Below are positions 1 through 9,000 of a stretch of 64,000 bases of DNA, piece after piece. Position 1 is the first letter of the stretch; every line of letters starts with the position of its first letter. Both the position numbers and the translations under genes were made by a program. The notes under the pieces were generated by a model. That model did not search any database. It saw only the letters and a list, made by a program, of their open reading frames with translations, and was not told where the DNA came from. Origin of the DNA: a virus (taxonomy: Duplodnaviria > Caudoviricetes); the IMG/VR virus record IMGVR_UViG_3300027769_000023, positions 22,920 through 86,919 of that record; one strand, 5' to 3'.

Positions 1-1125
1 AACCAGCCAGGTACCTCAGGTAACATTGGCGGAACAGCACCAGGACTCTACCAGGGTCAGGGAGCGTTCGCATCAGGTTCAGCAGCAGGCGATAACGTAC
101 CAGGCAATTACGGTAACGGTGGAGTTCTAGGAAACCTAGACACATCACTTAACGGAATTACATCAGGTCCAAACGCAGTAAACCCTTCAGGTGAGGCTGG
201 AAGCGGAATTCTCCGCCCAGAGCAAGCACGTCGTTTTATTGACTACGTGTGGGATGCTACAACCCTCGCCCAAGATGGTCGTCGTGTTACTATGAGAGCC
301 AACACAATGGAACTCGAAAAGGTAAACGTCGGAGAGCGTGTAATTCGTGCAGCAGCGCAAGCAGTTGGCGATTATACAAACGCAGGAGCAACATTCTCAA
401 AGGTTGAATTGACTACAAAGAAGATTCGTCTTGACTGGGAAGTTGCTGCAGAAGCACTAGAAGATAATATCGAAGGTGCACAACTAGAAGATCACATTGT
501 CCGTTTGATGACAAATGCTTTTGGTAATGATATCGAAGACCTAGCCATTAATGGTTTGGGTTCAGGCAGCGATGCATTCCTTGGAATCATGGAAGGCTTC
601 GTAAACCGTGTAAAGACAGACGGAGATGCTCACGAGTCAGTTGTAACAGTCGCTAATAACGCTTGGACAACAGACGTAATGCAGAACATCATCACAGCAA
701 TGCCACGTAAGTATCGTGCTATCAAGTCTAACTTGAAGTTCTATGCTGGTACAGACGCATTCCAAGGAATCGTTAAGAATAACGGAACCCTTGCAGACGC
801 TGTTGCTGAAGCATTTGCTTCACAGGCTGGCGGAACACCACTCAATCGTCAAGCATACCTTGATGGTGGCGGACAGACATTCGGTGGAGCACGTACAACA
901 CGTGTCCTAGGTGTCGATGTTCAGGAAGTTCCATACTACCCTGCAGGATATGTCGACTTGACATTCCCACAGAACCGTGTATGGGGATTCCAGCGTGACA
1001 TTACAGTAAACCGTGAATACAAGCCAAAGAAGGACACTGTAGAATACACAGTCTTCGTTCGCTTCGGTATTCAATGGGAAGAGCAGGATGCAATTGCATT
1101 CGCTGACGCTGCTGCAGATGCATAA
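1..1125 (+). CDS. Major capsid protein (HK97 fold), 5'-truncated by the window edge
   Basis: Frame is open from base 1 (NQPGTSG...GILRPEQARRFIDYVWDAT), so the track start at 247 is internal. Capsid-like motifs ILRPEQA..F, LEDNIEG, FGNDIEDLAINGD-like segment; followed by a terminator and head-tail genes. Confidence 0.9.
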   Translation, partial: NQPGTSGNIGGTAPGLYQGQGAFASGSAAGDNVPGNYGNGGVLGNLDTSLNGITSGPNAVNPSGEAGSGILRPEQARRFIDYVWDATTLAQDGRRVTMRANTMELEKVNVGERVIRAAAQAVGDYTNAGATFSKVELTTKKIRLDWEVAAEALEDNIEGAQLEDHIVRLMTNAFGNDIEDLAINGLGSGSDAFLGIMEGFVNRVKTDGDAHESVVTVANNAWTTDVMQNIITAMPRKYRAIKSNLKFYAGTDAFQGIVKNNGTLADAVAEAFASQAGGTPLNRQAYLDGGGQTFGGARTTRVLGVDVQEVPYYPAGYVDLTFPQNRVWGFQRDITVNREYKPKKDTVEYTVFVRFGIQWEEQDAIAFADAAADA

Positions 1126-1147
1126 TCTGTAAACAGTACCTTTAATG

Positions 1148-1180
1148 GGGGGCGGGAGTTCACTCTCCTGCCCCCTTATT
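1148..1180 (+). terminator. Intrinsic terminator after major capsid gene
   Basis: GGGGGCGGGAG-ttcact-CTCCTGCCCCC hairpin followed by TTATT. Confidence 0.75.
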
Positions 1181-1188
1181 ATTTATAA

Positions 1189-1197
1189 TGATATAAT
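1189..1197 (+). promoter_or_regulatory. Extended -10 promoter (TGaTATAAT)
   Basis: Motif sits upstream of AGGAGG RBS and ATG 1218. Confidence 0.6.
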
Positions 1198-1217
1198 ACT
1201 ATTTAGGAGGAAATACA

Positions 1218-1652
1218 ATGGAAAATAATTTTAACAATCAAGAAACTCCAAAGGTTGAAGAGCCTGCAATTAAAGCACCAGAGGTTGCAGTAGAAACAGC
1301 AGTTGTAGTAGAAGAAAAAGTAGAAGCAGTTGTAGAAACAAAGGTTGAGGATGTCATTAAGGCACCCGCCTACTCTGCACCTGTTGAGCAAGTTCCAGCC
1401 TTAGCACCAGTTGCTAATGGTGTCATTGGTACAGGAACAGCAGACAAACCAGTAAAAAAGGTTTCAACTCCAAAGCCAGCAAAGGAAGATACAGTGGCAA
1501 TCAAGTCAACCAAGAACGTAACTTGGATTGGCGTAGGTAAGATTTCTAAGGGAATCAACATTGTTTCTAAGTCAGAGGCAGCAGAATGGCTTACACGTGA
1601 TCACGTAACTAAGGTAGAACCAGAAGAAGTTGCGAAGGAATTCGGTAAGTAA
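1218..1652 (+). CDS. Hypothetical virion/head-associated protein with low-complexity E/V/A/K/P N-terminus
   Basis: Strong RBS; lies between capsid and head-tail genes; function inferred from position only. Confidence 0.6.
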   Translation: MENNFNNQETPKVEEPAIKAPEVAVETAVVVEEKVEAVVETKVEDVIKAPAYSAPVEQVPALAPVANGVIGTGTADKPVKKVSTPKPAKEDTVAIKSTKNVTWIGVGKISKGINIVSKSEAAEWLTRDHVTKVEPEEVAKEFGK

Positions 1653-1654
1653 AA

Positions 1655-2557
1655 ATGGAGGTTTTGAGAGTTCCACCTTATCCCCTTGTACCAATATGGA
1701 CTGTTTCATCAGCAAATGCTCCATATACTATGTACATTGAGGATCTGGTGGATCACTCAATAGAAACCCTAGAGTTAACATCAACAGCACTATCTCAAGT
1801 TTCATACACCTTTCCAATTGAAAAGGCACAGTATGACAGAAAGTTCTTTGTAAAAATTGTTGATGATAATGGCCATAGTGAAATTGAAGAAAATCTAGAT
1901 ATTTTAAGACCATACATAGACCCTAAAAAATTAGGTACATCAGCAACAGAAATTCAAGAATACAAGATATTAGAACTCATTGCTAGATCAGTTATTGACA
2001 ATATCATTCCAAGTGGTTTTTACAACACAAAAAGTATCCTACAGGGTGTAGGTAATAATACAGACTATTTCCCAGTCTGGAAAGAAACAAACAAAATTTT
2101 AAAAGTTTATCAAAACAATATATTAGTTTACGATGTTGCATCTGAAACGAATGAATACTCATACTCTTTGACTCTTGATAACTCAGCAATACAGAGAACT
2201 TTTGTTGGAGGATACAACCGTGCAGAGTCTGCCATTATGCAAACTCCTTATGCTCAAGGAGATCTTGGCTATTATGGATTTAGTGGTGTGGCATTTCCAG
2301 CAGGAGTAGACTATACATTTATATTAGACACTGGATACAAAGCAGTGCCAGCAGATATTGAGCAAGCAACAAAGATTTTGATTGAAGATATTAAGTGCGG
2401 GAACTTAGACTATTACAAGAGATTTACAAAGAACTATCAGACAGATCAGTTTAAAGTAGAGTTCTCAGAAAAACTATTTAGCGGAACTGGGAACCTGCTT
2501 GTTGATAAAATACTAGACAAGTATTCAAATACAATACTACGACCAGGGTTGATATAA
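1655..2557 (+). CDS. Head-tail adaptor/connector-like protein
   Basis: Position after capsid; C-terminal GY..VPADIEQAT segment typical of adaptor (gp6/gp15-like) proteins. Confidence 0.6.
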   Translation: MEVLRVPPYPLVPIWTVSSANAPYTMYIEDLVDHSIETLELTSTALSQVSYTFPIEKAQYDRKFFVKIVDDNGHSEIEENLDILRPYIDPKKLGTSATEIQEYKILELIARSVIDNIIPSGFYNTKSILQGVGNNTDYFPVWKETNKILKVYQNNILVYDVASETNEYSYSLTLDNSAIQRTFVGGYNRAESAIMQTPYAQGDLGYYGFSGVAFPAGVDYTFILDTGYKAVPADIEQATKILIEDIKCGNLDYYKRFTKNYQTDQFKVEFSEKLFSGTGNLLVDKILDKYSNTILRPGLI

Positions 2558-3006
2558 TGTCATGCGATTCACCATCTGCTATATATCCAATGCTTGTTGA
2601 CATATACTATGCTGGTGTAAGCCAAGGAACTTATGGTAATGTAAAGAAGCAGTGGATGTTTTCAAAATCAGTTCCATGCTATTTTGCACATGCAGGATTA
2701 AAGAATAAAGAAGAGTTTAGAACAAACACTGTTGCAATTACTCAGGACACCACACTGCTTGGAAGAACAGCCTCAGACATAAGATTTTCTGAACTAGGAG
2801 ATAGCACATCTAGCAACAACGTATTGCTTACAAATATTCGTGATTCTTCTGGAAGCCCAATATATGTTGAGCCTGCTGGAGAAAGAGTTGGAAAGTCAAC
2901 CCTATTTGAAATAGCATCAGTTGCCCCAACAATTGGTATGTTTGGAAAAGTAGAATACTACAAGATTGTCTTGCGTAGATCTGATAACCAGGCGGTAGAC
3001 CTATAA
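2557..3006 (+). CDS. Head-closure/stopper-like protein
   Basis: Size, beta-rich composition and synteny; TAATG overlap with upstream gene. Confidence 0.5.
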   Translation: MSCDSPSAIYPMLVDIYYAGVSQGTYGNVKKQWMFSKSVPCYFAHAGLKNKEEFRTNTVAITQDTTLLGRTASDIRFSELGDSTSSNNVLLTNIRDSSGSPIYVEPAGERVGKSTLFEIASVAPTIGMFGKVEYYKIVLRRSDNQAVDL

Positions 3007-3680
3007 TGATAAAATTTAATTCAAAGCAGTTTAAGATTGATCTAACAAACATCGTAGAGTATTCCGTTGGATTCTTAGATGGAATTCACGCAGGTAAAAA
3101 AGTATTTCTAAATAATCTTGGTAAAGAATCTGTAGAAGTTATTAAACAGTTTATTGATTCAAATGCAAAGGCTGATCCAGCAATGCTCGCACACGTATAC
3201 GAATGGTATCAAGTTGGTAGCCCAGACGCAAGACTATATGACATTAACTATACTGTAAGTAATCTTGGTCTTTCTTTCTTGTCAACCTTTAAACAATCAT
3301 CAACTATTAAAGATGGATCACGAGAGCCTTTTTATAATAAAGCAAGAATTATGGAAGAAGGAATTCCTGTTGTCATTAGACCAAAGGTTGCAACAACACT
3401 AGTATTTGAACAAGACGGAGAAACAATTTTTACAAAAAATGCAGTAAAGGTAGATAATCCTGGAGGAGTAGAAGCACAAGGGGGATTTCAAAAAATGATG
3501 GACATCATCTTTAGTAAGTATTTCTCCCAAGCACTCCTAAGAACAACAGGGCTTGACCTATATCTAAACAATCCTAGAGTATATAAAACCAATATGGCAG
3601 CAGGCAAACGATCTGGAAGATCTGCAGGTTACCCAACAGGATTTAAGTGGATTGCAAATGCGGGGGTAGTAAATGGCTAA
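3006..3680 (+). CDS. Neck/tail-completion-like protein
   Basis: Synteny in the head-tail module; translationally coupled. Confidence 0.45.
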   Translation: MIKFNSKQFKIDLTNIVEYSVGFLDGIHAGKKVFLNNLGKESVEVIKQFIDSNAKADPAMLAHVYEWYQVGSPDARLYDINYTVSNLGLSFLSTFKQSSTIKDGSREPFYNKARIMEEGIPVVIRPKVATTLVFEQDGETIFTKNAVKVDNPGGVEAQGGFQKMMDIIFSKYFSQALLRTTGLDLYLNNPRVYKTNMAAGKRSGRSAGYPTGFKWIANAGVVNG

Positions 3681-4191
3681 TATATACCATCCTCCGTCAT
3701 TGATCAATGCCTATTTAGCAGCAAAGGTTAATCCCGCTTTTGATGATCAAACAGAAAATGCTATCAACCTAAGATTCTTTCCAACCAGCCCGACATCTAT
3801 TGATACTTTGACTGAAACCTTCCCAGATGGTGGAGGGACATTCGCAGTTTATGACAGAATGCTTCGTATGCGTAGACAGCCATTCCCTCATATCAAATGT
3901 GAGCAAGTCTTGTATTATTTTTATGCTTTTGGAGAAAACCATATTGAGAGCATGGTCAAGATTACGGCAGATGTAGAAGAGTGGCTAAACAATGGAGACG
4001 AATCCGCAGAAGATCTAAACAAATGGGCAAGAGAAAATACTGCTTTATGGTCAGATGCAACCCTACCTATTCAGTTCCATAACTTCAAGGTATACCAACT
4101 ACAGGAGACCAGAGACATCATTGATTTTGGTACAGCACGAACATATGCAGGAAACAAGATTATAGTCGATTTTGACTGGCACAAGGGCTAG
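3673..4191 (+). CDS. Tail terminator-like protein
   Basis: Directly precedes the major tail gene; size typical. Confidence 0.45.
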   Translation: MANIYHPPSLINAYLAAKVNPAFDDQTENAINLRFFPTSPTSIDTLTETFPDGGGTFAVYDRMLRMRRQPFPHIKCEQVLYYFYAFGENHIESMVKITADVEEWLNNGDESAEDLNKWARENTALWSDATLPIQFHNFKVYQLQETRDIIDFGTARTYAGNKIIVDFDWHKG

Positions 4192-4200
4192 TAAAAAGGC

Positions 4201-4209
4201 TGTTATAAT
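4201..4209 (+). promoter_or_regulatory. Extended -10 promoter (TGtTATAAT) for major tail gene
   Basis: Intergenic motif upstream of AGAGGTGG RBS and ATG 4272. Confidence 0.6.
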
Positions 4210-4271
4210 TGTAGATGAGGAAACACGCCTACAATTTCATATAGTAAACTAAAGAAAAAGAGGTGGAATAA

Positions 4272-4916
4272 ATGGCTTATACACGTGGCTCGTCCAATAA
4301 CATCATCGTGGGAGCAGCAGCGCTGTTCACATACGATGGTTCATTATCGGGACAAATCGGAGATTCTCTAGGGACTCTCCCAGGCTTTGAAGCAGGACTA
4401 TCTTATAAGGATACCCTAGCAGATGAGGCTAATTATACAAACGTAGGATATACCAGCAATGGTATTGAACTTACATTCCAGCCTGACTTCGGTGAAGTTC
4501 AGGTTGACCAGGTACTTGACGTTGCTCGTCTTTTCAAGCAAGGTATGCAGGTATCACTTAAGACTTCATTCGCTGAGGCAACACTAGAAAACCTTTTGGT
4601 TGCAGTTGCAGCACAGGATGAGGATCTTGATGCCCTTACAGGCACAGGAGTTGGAGCAGGAAGCAAGTCTTTCGACATCAACTCAGGAGCACTAGGAGAA
4701 GTTCCACTGGAGCGAGGAATCGTTGCAGTAGGACCAGGAACTGGTGACCCAGCAATTGACAAGGAGCGTATTTACATCGGATACCGTGCACTCTCAATTG
4801 AGAGCGTAACTGCATCTGCTAAGCGTGATGCTGCTTCTATGTTTGACGTAACTTTCCGTATGCTTCCATTGGATAATGGTATGTATGGTAAGATCGTTGA
4901 CCGCAGAATTGCATAA
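4272..4916 (+). CDS. Major tail (tube) protein
   Basis: Siphoviral tube motifs (VGYTSNGIEL, VQVDQVLD, TSFAEATLENL); own promoter and terminator; precedes chaperones and tape measure. Confidence 0.85.
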   Translation: MAYTRGSSNNIIVGAAALFTYDGSLSGQIGDSLGTLPGFEAGLSYKDTLADEANYTNVGYTSNGIELTFQPDFGEVQVDQVLDVARLFKQGMQVSLKTSFAEATLENLLVAVAAQDEDLDALTGTGVGAGSKSFDINSGALGEVPLERGIVAVGPGTGDPAIDKERIYIGYRALSIESVTASAKRDAASMFDVTFRMLPLDNGMYGKIVDRRIA

Positions 4917-4937
4917 TTAATTTATTAATTATACGAG

Positions 4938-4971
4938 AACTGCCCTTTCTTAGGATTGGGCAGTTTTCTTT
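4938..4971 (+). terminator. Intrinsic terminator after major tail gene
   Basis: AACTGCCC...GGGCAGTT stem followed by TTCTTT. Confidence 0.7.
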
Positions 4972-4979
4972 GCTATAAT
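4971..4979 (+). promoter_or_regulatory. Extended -10 promoter (TGcTATAAT), probably leaderless transcript
   Basis: 6 nt gap to ATG 4986; no Shine-Dalgarno. Confidence 0.6.
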
Positions 4980-4985
4980 GGTTTA

Positions 4986-5663
4986 ATGGCCACTAAAGTA
5001 TACCAAGAGCATCCAGTCACCCTTTTTGATGGAACCGTAATATTACTATCACCATTAAAAATTAAATACCTACATCAGGTTATGGAAACATTTCTTTCTG
5101 TTAAAAAAGCAAAAAATGATTTAGAGGCTATAGCAGTTTTGACAGAATGTACAAGATTGGCAATGCAACAATATTGCCCAAGACTATCCCTAAGTATTGA
5201 AGATTTGGAAGATGCTGTCGACCTGCCAACAGTTTACAAAGTAATGGATATTGGCGCTGGAATAAAGATTGATGATAAAGACGATCAACCAGTAAAAGAG
5301 CAAGCAGCCGAAGGTGGTGACACTTGGGATAGCCTAGATTTATTAAAGTTAGAGTCTGAAGCATTTTTGCTGGGGGCTTGGAAAAATTATGAAGACCTAG
5401 AACTATCTATATCAATGCCAGAACTATTACAGATTATATCTATGAGGAGAGAACTTGACCATATGGAGAAAAAGTTCTTAGCAGCAATTCAAGGTGTTGA
5501 TATAGATAAAGACAAGGGCGATGATAAATGGGAAGAAATGAAAAATAGAGTTCTGTATAAGGGCAAAGGCAGTAACGATATTACAAACCTATCAGGAAAG
5601 CGTGCAATGGAGGCTGGGTTTGGAATAGGCAACGGTCTAGACTATGAAGAAATAACTGCATAA
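4986..5663 (+). CDS. Tail assembly chaperone, GT-like long form
   Basis: Between tail tube and tape measure genes. N-terminal ~95 aa is paralogous to 5714..6034, followed by an extra ~120-aa domain. Start moved to ATG 4986. Confidence 0.7.
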   Translation: MATKVYQEHPVTLFDGTVILLSPLKIKYLHQVMETFLSVKKAKNDLEAIAVLTECTRLAMQQYCPRLSLSIEDLEDAVDLPTVYKVMDIGAGIKIDDKDDQPVKEQAAEGGDTWDSLDLLKLESEAFLLGAWKNYEDLELSISMPELLQIISMRRELDHMEKKFLAAIQGVDIDKDKGDDKWEEMKNRVLYKGKGSNDITNLSGKRAMEAGFGIGNGLDYEEITA

Positions 5664-5679
5664 AAAACACGCTTGTTTA

Positions 5680-5688
5680 TGCTATAAT
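5680..5688 (+). promoter_or_regulatory. Extended -10 promoter (TGcTATAAT)
   Basis: Upstream of AAGGAGG RBS and ATG 5714. Confidence 0.6.
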
Positions 5689-5713
5689 TGATACAACCTT
5701 ACAAGGAGGAAAA

Positions 5714-6034
5714 ATGGCAACAACAGTCCATGAAGAAAAGACAGTAACACTGATTGATGGAACAAAGATCAAGGTAAGACCACTAAAGATTTCTCTACTT
5801 CGTCCGTTTATGAAGAAGTTTGAAGGAGTCGCAGCAGTAGCAGAAGATAACGAAAAGTCAATGAACATTCTTATGGAATGTATTCAAATTGCAATGAAGC
5901 AGTACAAGCCAGAACTTGCAGAAGATTTGGCAGCATTGGAAGATAATATGGATCTCCCAACTGTGTACAAGATTATTGAAGAAGCATCTGGAGTTAACCT
6001 TTCAGATACACCAGTTCTCAATACTCTTCCATAA
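5714..6034 (+). CDS. Tail assembly chaperone, G-like short form
   Basis: Immediately before tape measure; shares VTL.DGT, PLKI, EC..AM.QY.P and DLPTVYK with the upstream chaperone. Confidence 0.7.
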   Translation: MATTVHEEKTVTLIDGTKIKVRPLKISLLRPFMKKFEGVAAVAEDNEKSMNILMECIQIAMKQYKPELAEDLAALEDNMDLPTVYKIIEEASGVNLSDTPVLNTLP

Positions 6035-6060
6035 ATAAAACTATAAAGAGGTAATAATGA

Positions 6061-9000
6061 ATGGCTGATATTCAGTCCAATATTGTAGTCAATATTGATA
6101 CATCTGCAGCACTTGCAGAACTCAAAGCGCTACAACGCCAGATATCGGCTTTTCATTCCTCAATGGCAAAGGGTGGTGCTGCTAGCACTGCTGTTTCTGC
6201 CAACATGCAGCAAAACCTTGCAAACACTATTAATTCTAGTGGCAAGTTTCATGCTGAGATGGTTCGTGTAAGATCTACAACAGAATCATTTAATACAGCG
6301 CTTGCTAAAAACCAACTCTCAATGAAAGAGTATTTTAGATATGCTGGTGGAGCATCTAAAACATTCGGTAGACTATTTAAGCAAGAGCATGAAACAATCA
6401 ACAAGGTTGTAAGAGAAAATGTAAAGACTCTTCAGACTCAGTATATAAAGATGGGTCGAGATGCATCTGGATCTTTAAAGGCCATGTCAGTACGTCCACT
6501 AGCCTTGGACATGAAAAATTTACAAACACAAACAGCCCTTGCTGCACAAAAGCAAGCATTGCTAAATCAACTTTTAAGACAAGGTTCTACAAACCTTCTA
6601 AACTTTGGTAAGAATACTCAGTGGGCTGGACGACAGTTGATGGTTGGTTTTACAGTTCCACTTATGTATTTTGGTGCAGCAGCAAGCAAGACATTCATGC
6701 AAATAGAAGAGCAAGCAATTAAGTTTAAACGTGTTTACGGAGATCTTTTCACAACATCCTCTGAGTCTGCAAAAGCATTAAAGGATGTTCAACTTCTTGC
6801 AAATGAGTTTACAAAGTATGGTATAGCCGTAGCAGATACAATGAAGATGGCAGCAGATGTTGCTGCAACTGGTAAGGTTGGCGCAGACCTAATGTCTCAA
6901 GTTGCATCTGCAACAAAACTTGCAGTTCTTGGAAACATCGATCAAGAAAAATCTCTTGAAACTATCATCTCTCTTACATCTACATTTGGTATTGCTGCAA
7001 ATGATTTAGCACAAAACATTGACTTCCTTAACGCTGTAGAAAACCAGACAATCTTAAACATCGATGACCTAACAACTGCTATTCCAAAGGCAGCACCAGT
7101 AATTAAACAACTTGGTGGAAACGTACAAGACCTTGCATTCTTTATGACAGCAATGCGTGAAGGTGGTATTAATGCATCAGAAGGGGCTAACGCACTAAAG
7201 TCTGGTCTTGCTTCTATGATTAACCCATCAGCAAAAGCAAGTGCTTTCTTAAAAGACTTAGGCATAAATCTTAAAGGAATTGTTGAAAGCAATCAGGGAG
7301 ATATTAAAACTACTGTTATTCAGTTTGCACAAGCACTAGACACTTTAGATCCTCTTAATCGTTCTCGTGCAATTGAGCAACTATTTGGTAAGTTCCAGTT
7401 TGCTCGTATTTCTACACTGTTCCAGAATGTACTTAAAGAAGGAACGCAAGCACAAACAGTCTTAGGCTTAACAAAAGCCACAACAGAAGAACTTGCAATC
7501 CTATCTGAGCGAGAATTGTCAAAAATCTCAGACTCTCCAATGTTTAAATTTAAAAAACAAATAGAAGATCTTAAAGTTGCTATAGCCCCAATTGGTGGAG
7601 AGTTCTTAAAAGCACTAACTCCAGTAGTTAAATTCTTTGGTGGAATATTTGAAAAGTTTAATGGCCTTTCAGATGGTGCTAAAAAGTTTATTGTTATTCT
7701 TACAACAGTAGTTGCTGGTATAGGACCACTACTACTTATGTCTTTTGGTTTATTGGCAAACGGTGTTGCAAATATAATTAAGATGTTCGTTGGAATTAAG
7801 TCTATATTCAATGGAGTTGGAAAATCATCTCTCGGTCTTGGCGAACAGACTAACTATCTTACACAACAGCAGATGGAAAATGCAGCCTCTGCAGCATCTC
7901 TTGATCAAGCACATCAAAGATTACAACAAAGATTTACATCTGAAAAGACTGCGGTAGTTCAGTTAACAGCAGCATATCTACAAGCGGTTCAAGCACAGAG
8001 AGCCTTTGGAATGCCTGCCATGCGCCCTGGTATGCCTGGTAAGCCACCAATGCGTCTTGCTGAAGGAATTGTTACAGTACCAGGACCAAAGGGCGCAGGA
8101 GACGTTGTTCCAGCAATGCTATCTCCAGGAGAGTCTGTAATTCCAGCAAAGCAGTCTGATAAATATGCACCACTTATTTCAGGAATTATTGCTGACAATA
8201 TTCCAGGGTACATAAAGGGTCTTCAAGGCGCAGGAGGAAAGACAGAATTCGCACACATTGGATCAATGACTCCAGTCCCTGCTGCAACACTTGCAGCACA
8301 GTTAAATCAAATGGAAGGTGCAGTAACAGCAAGAGCACTTAGAGTAATCAATGCAGTTGCTGCTCAATTTGGAAATGCTTTGATGGTAAATGTTTACGGT
8401 AAGTTGGGTATGACAACTGGACAAACATCAACTGGAAAGAGTATTAATGGACTTCTTGGTAAGCCAGGAGGAGTAGCAAAATCAGAATTTGTTGCAGACT
8501 TTGACAAGCAAGGTATGCAAAGATGGAAGGCATCATTAAAGGCTGCAGGATTAAAGATGGACGATGTGTCTGCAGAGTTGACACAATTAGATCGTGGTAT
8601 CAGAGAGTACATGACATCTGTTCACAAGGGTGCAGTAGTTACTGATCAAACAGTAAAGCAAGCATATGAATATTCAACCAAAAAGATGGCAGCAGATAGC
8701 AGAGTAGTCACAGCATTTAATCAGTTAGCAAATACTGCTGGAGAAGCAAGAGTAAATATCTCACAAGCAGTTGCTGCCAAGTTTGGATTGTCAAAGGTTC
8801 CTACTGCAGGAAGCAAGCCAGTAGTTAGAGTTGGCGAAGAAAGAATTAGAACTGGTGGAGATAGACTCCCATTCTATAGAAGTGCAGGATTTGATATTGT
8901 TAAGGCTGCTACAAGGGCTATTGCAGAAGGCGCAAAGAGCGCCCTTAAAGTTGCTTCTCCTTCAAAGGAAATGCGTACTGTTGGAGAGCAGTCTGGAGCA

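Noticed and set aside
5101-5112. AAAAAAG run as tail-chaperone slippery site
   Set aside because: Out of register with the reading frame (GTT AAA AAA GCA) and only about 39 codons into the gene; not at a G/T boundary.
4217-5672. AAACACGC seen near two tail-gene promoters as a regulator site
   Set aside because: Only two copies, on opposite sides of the -10 element; compatible with chance.
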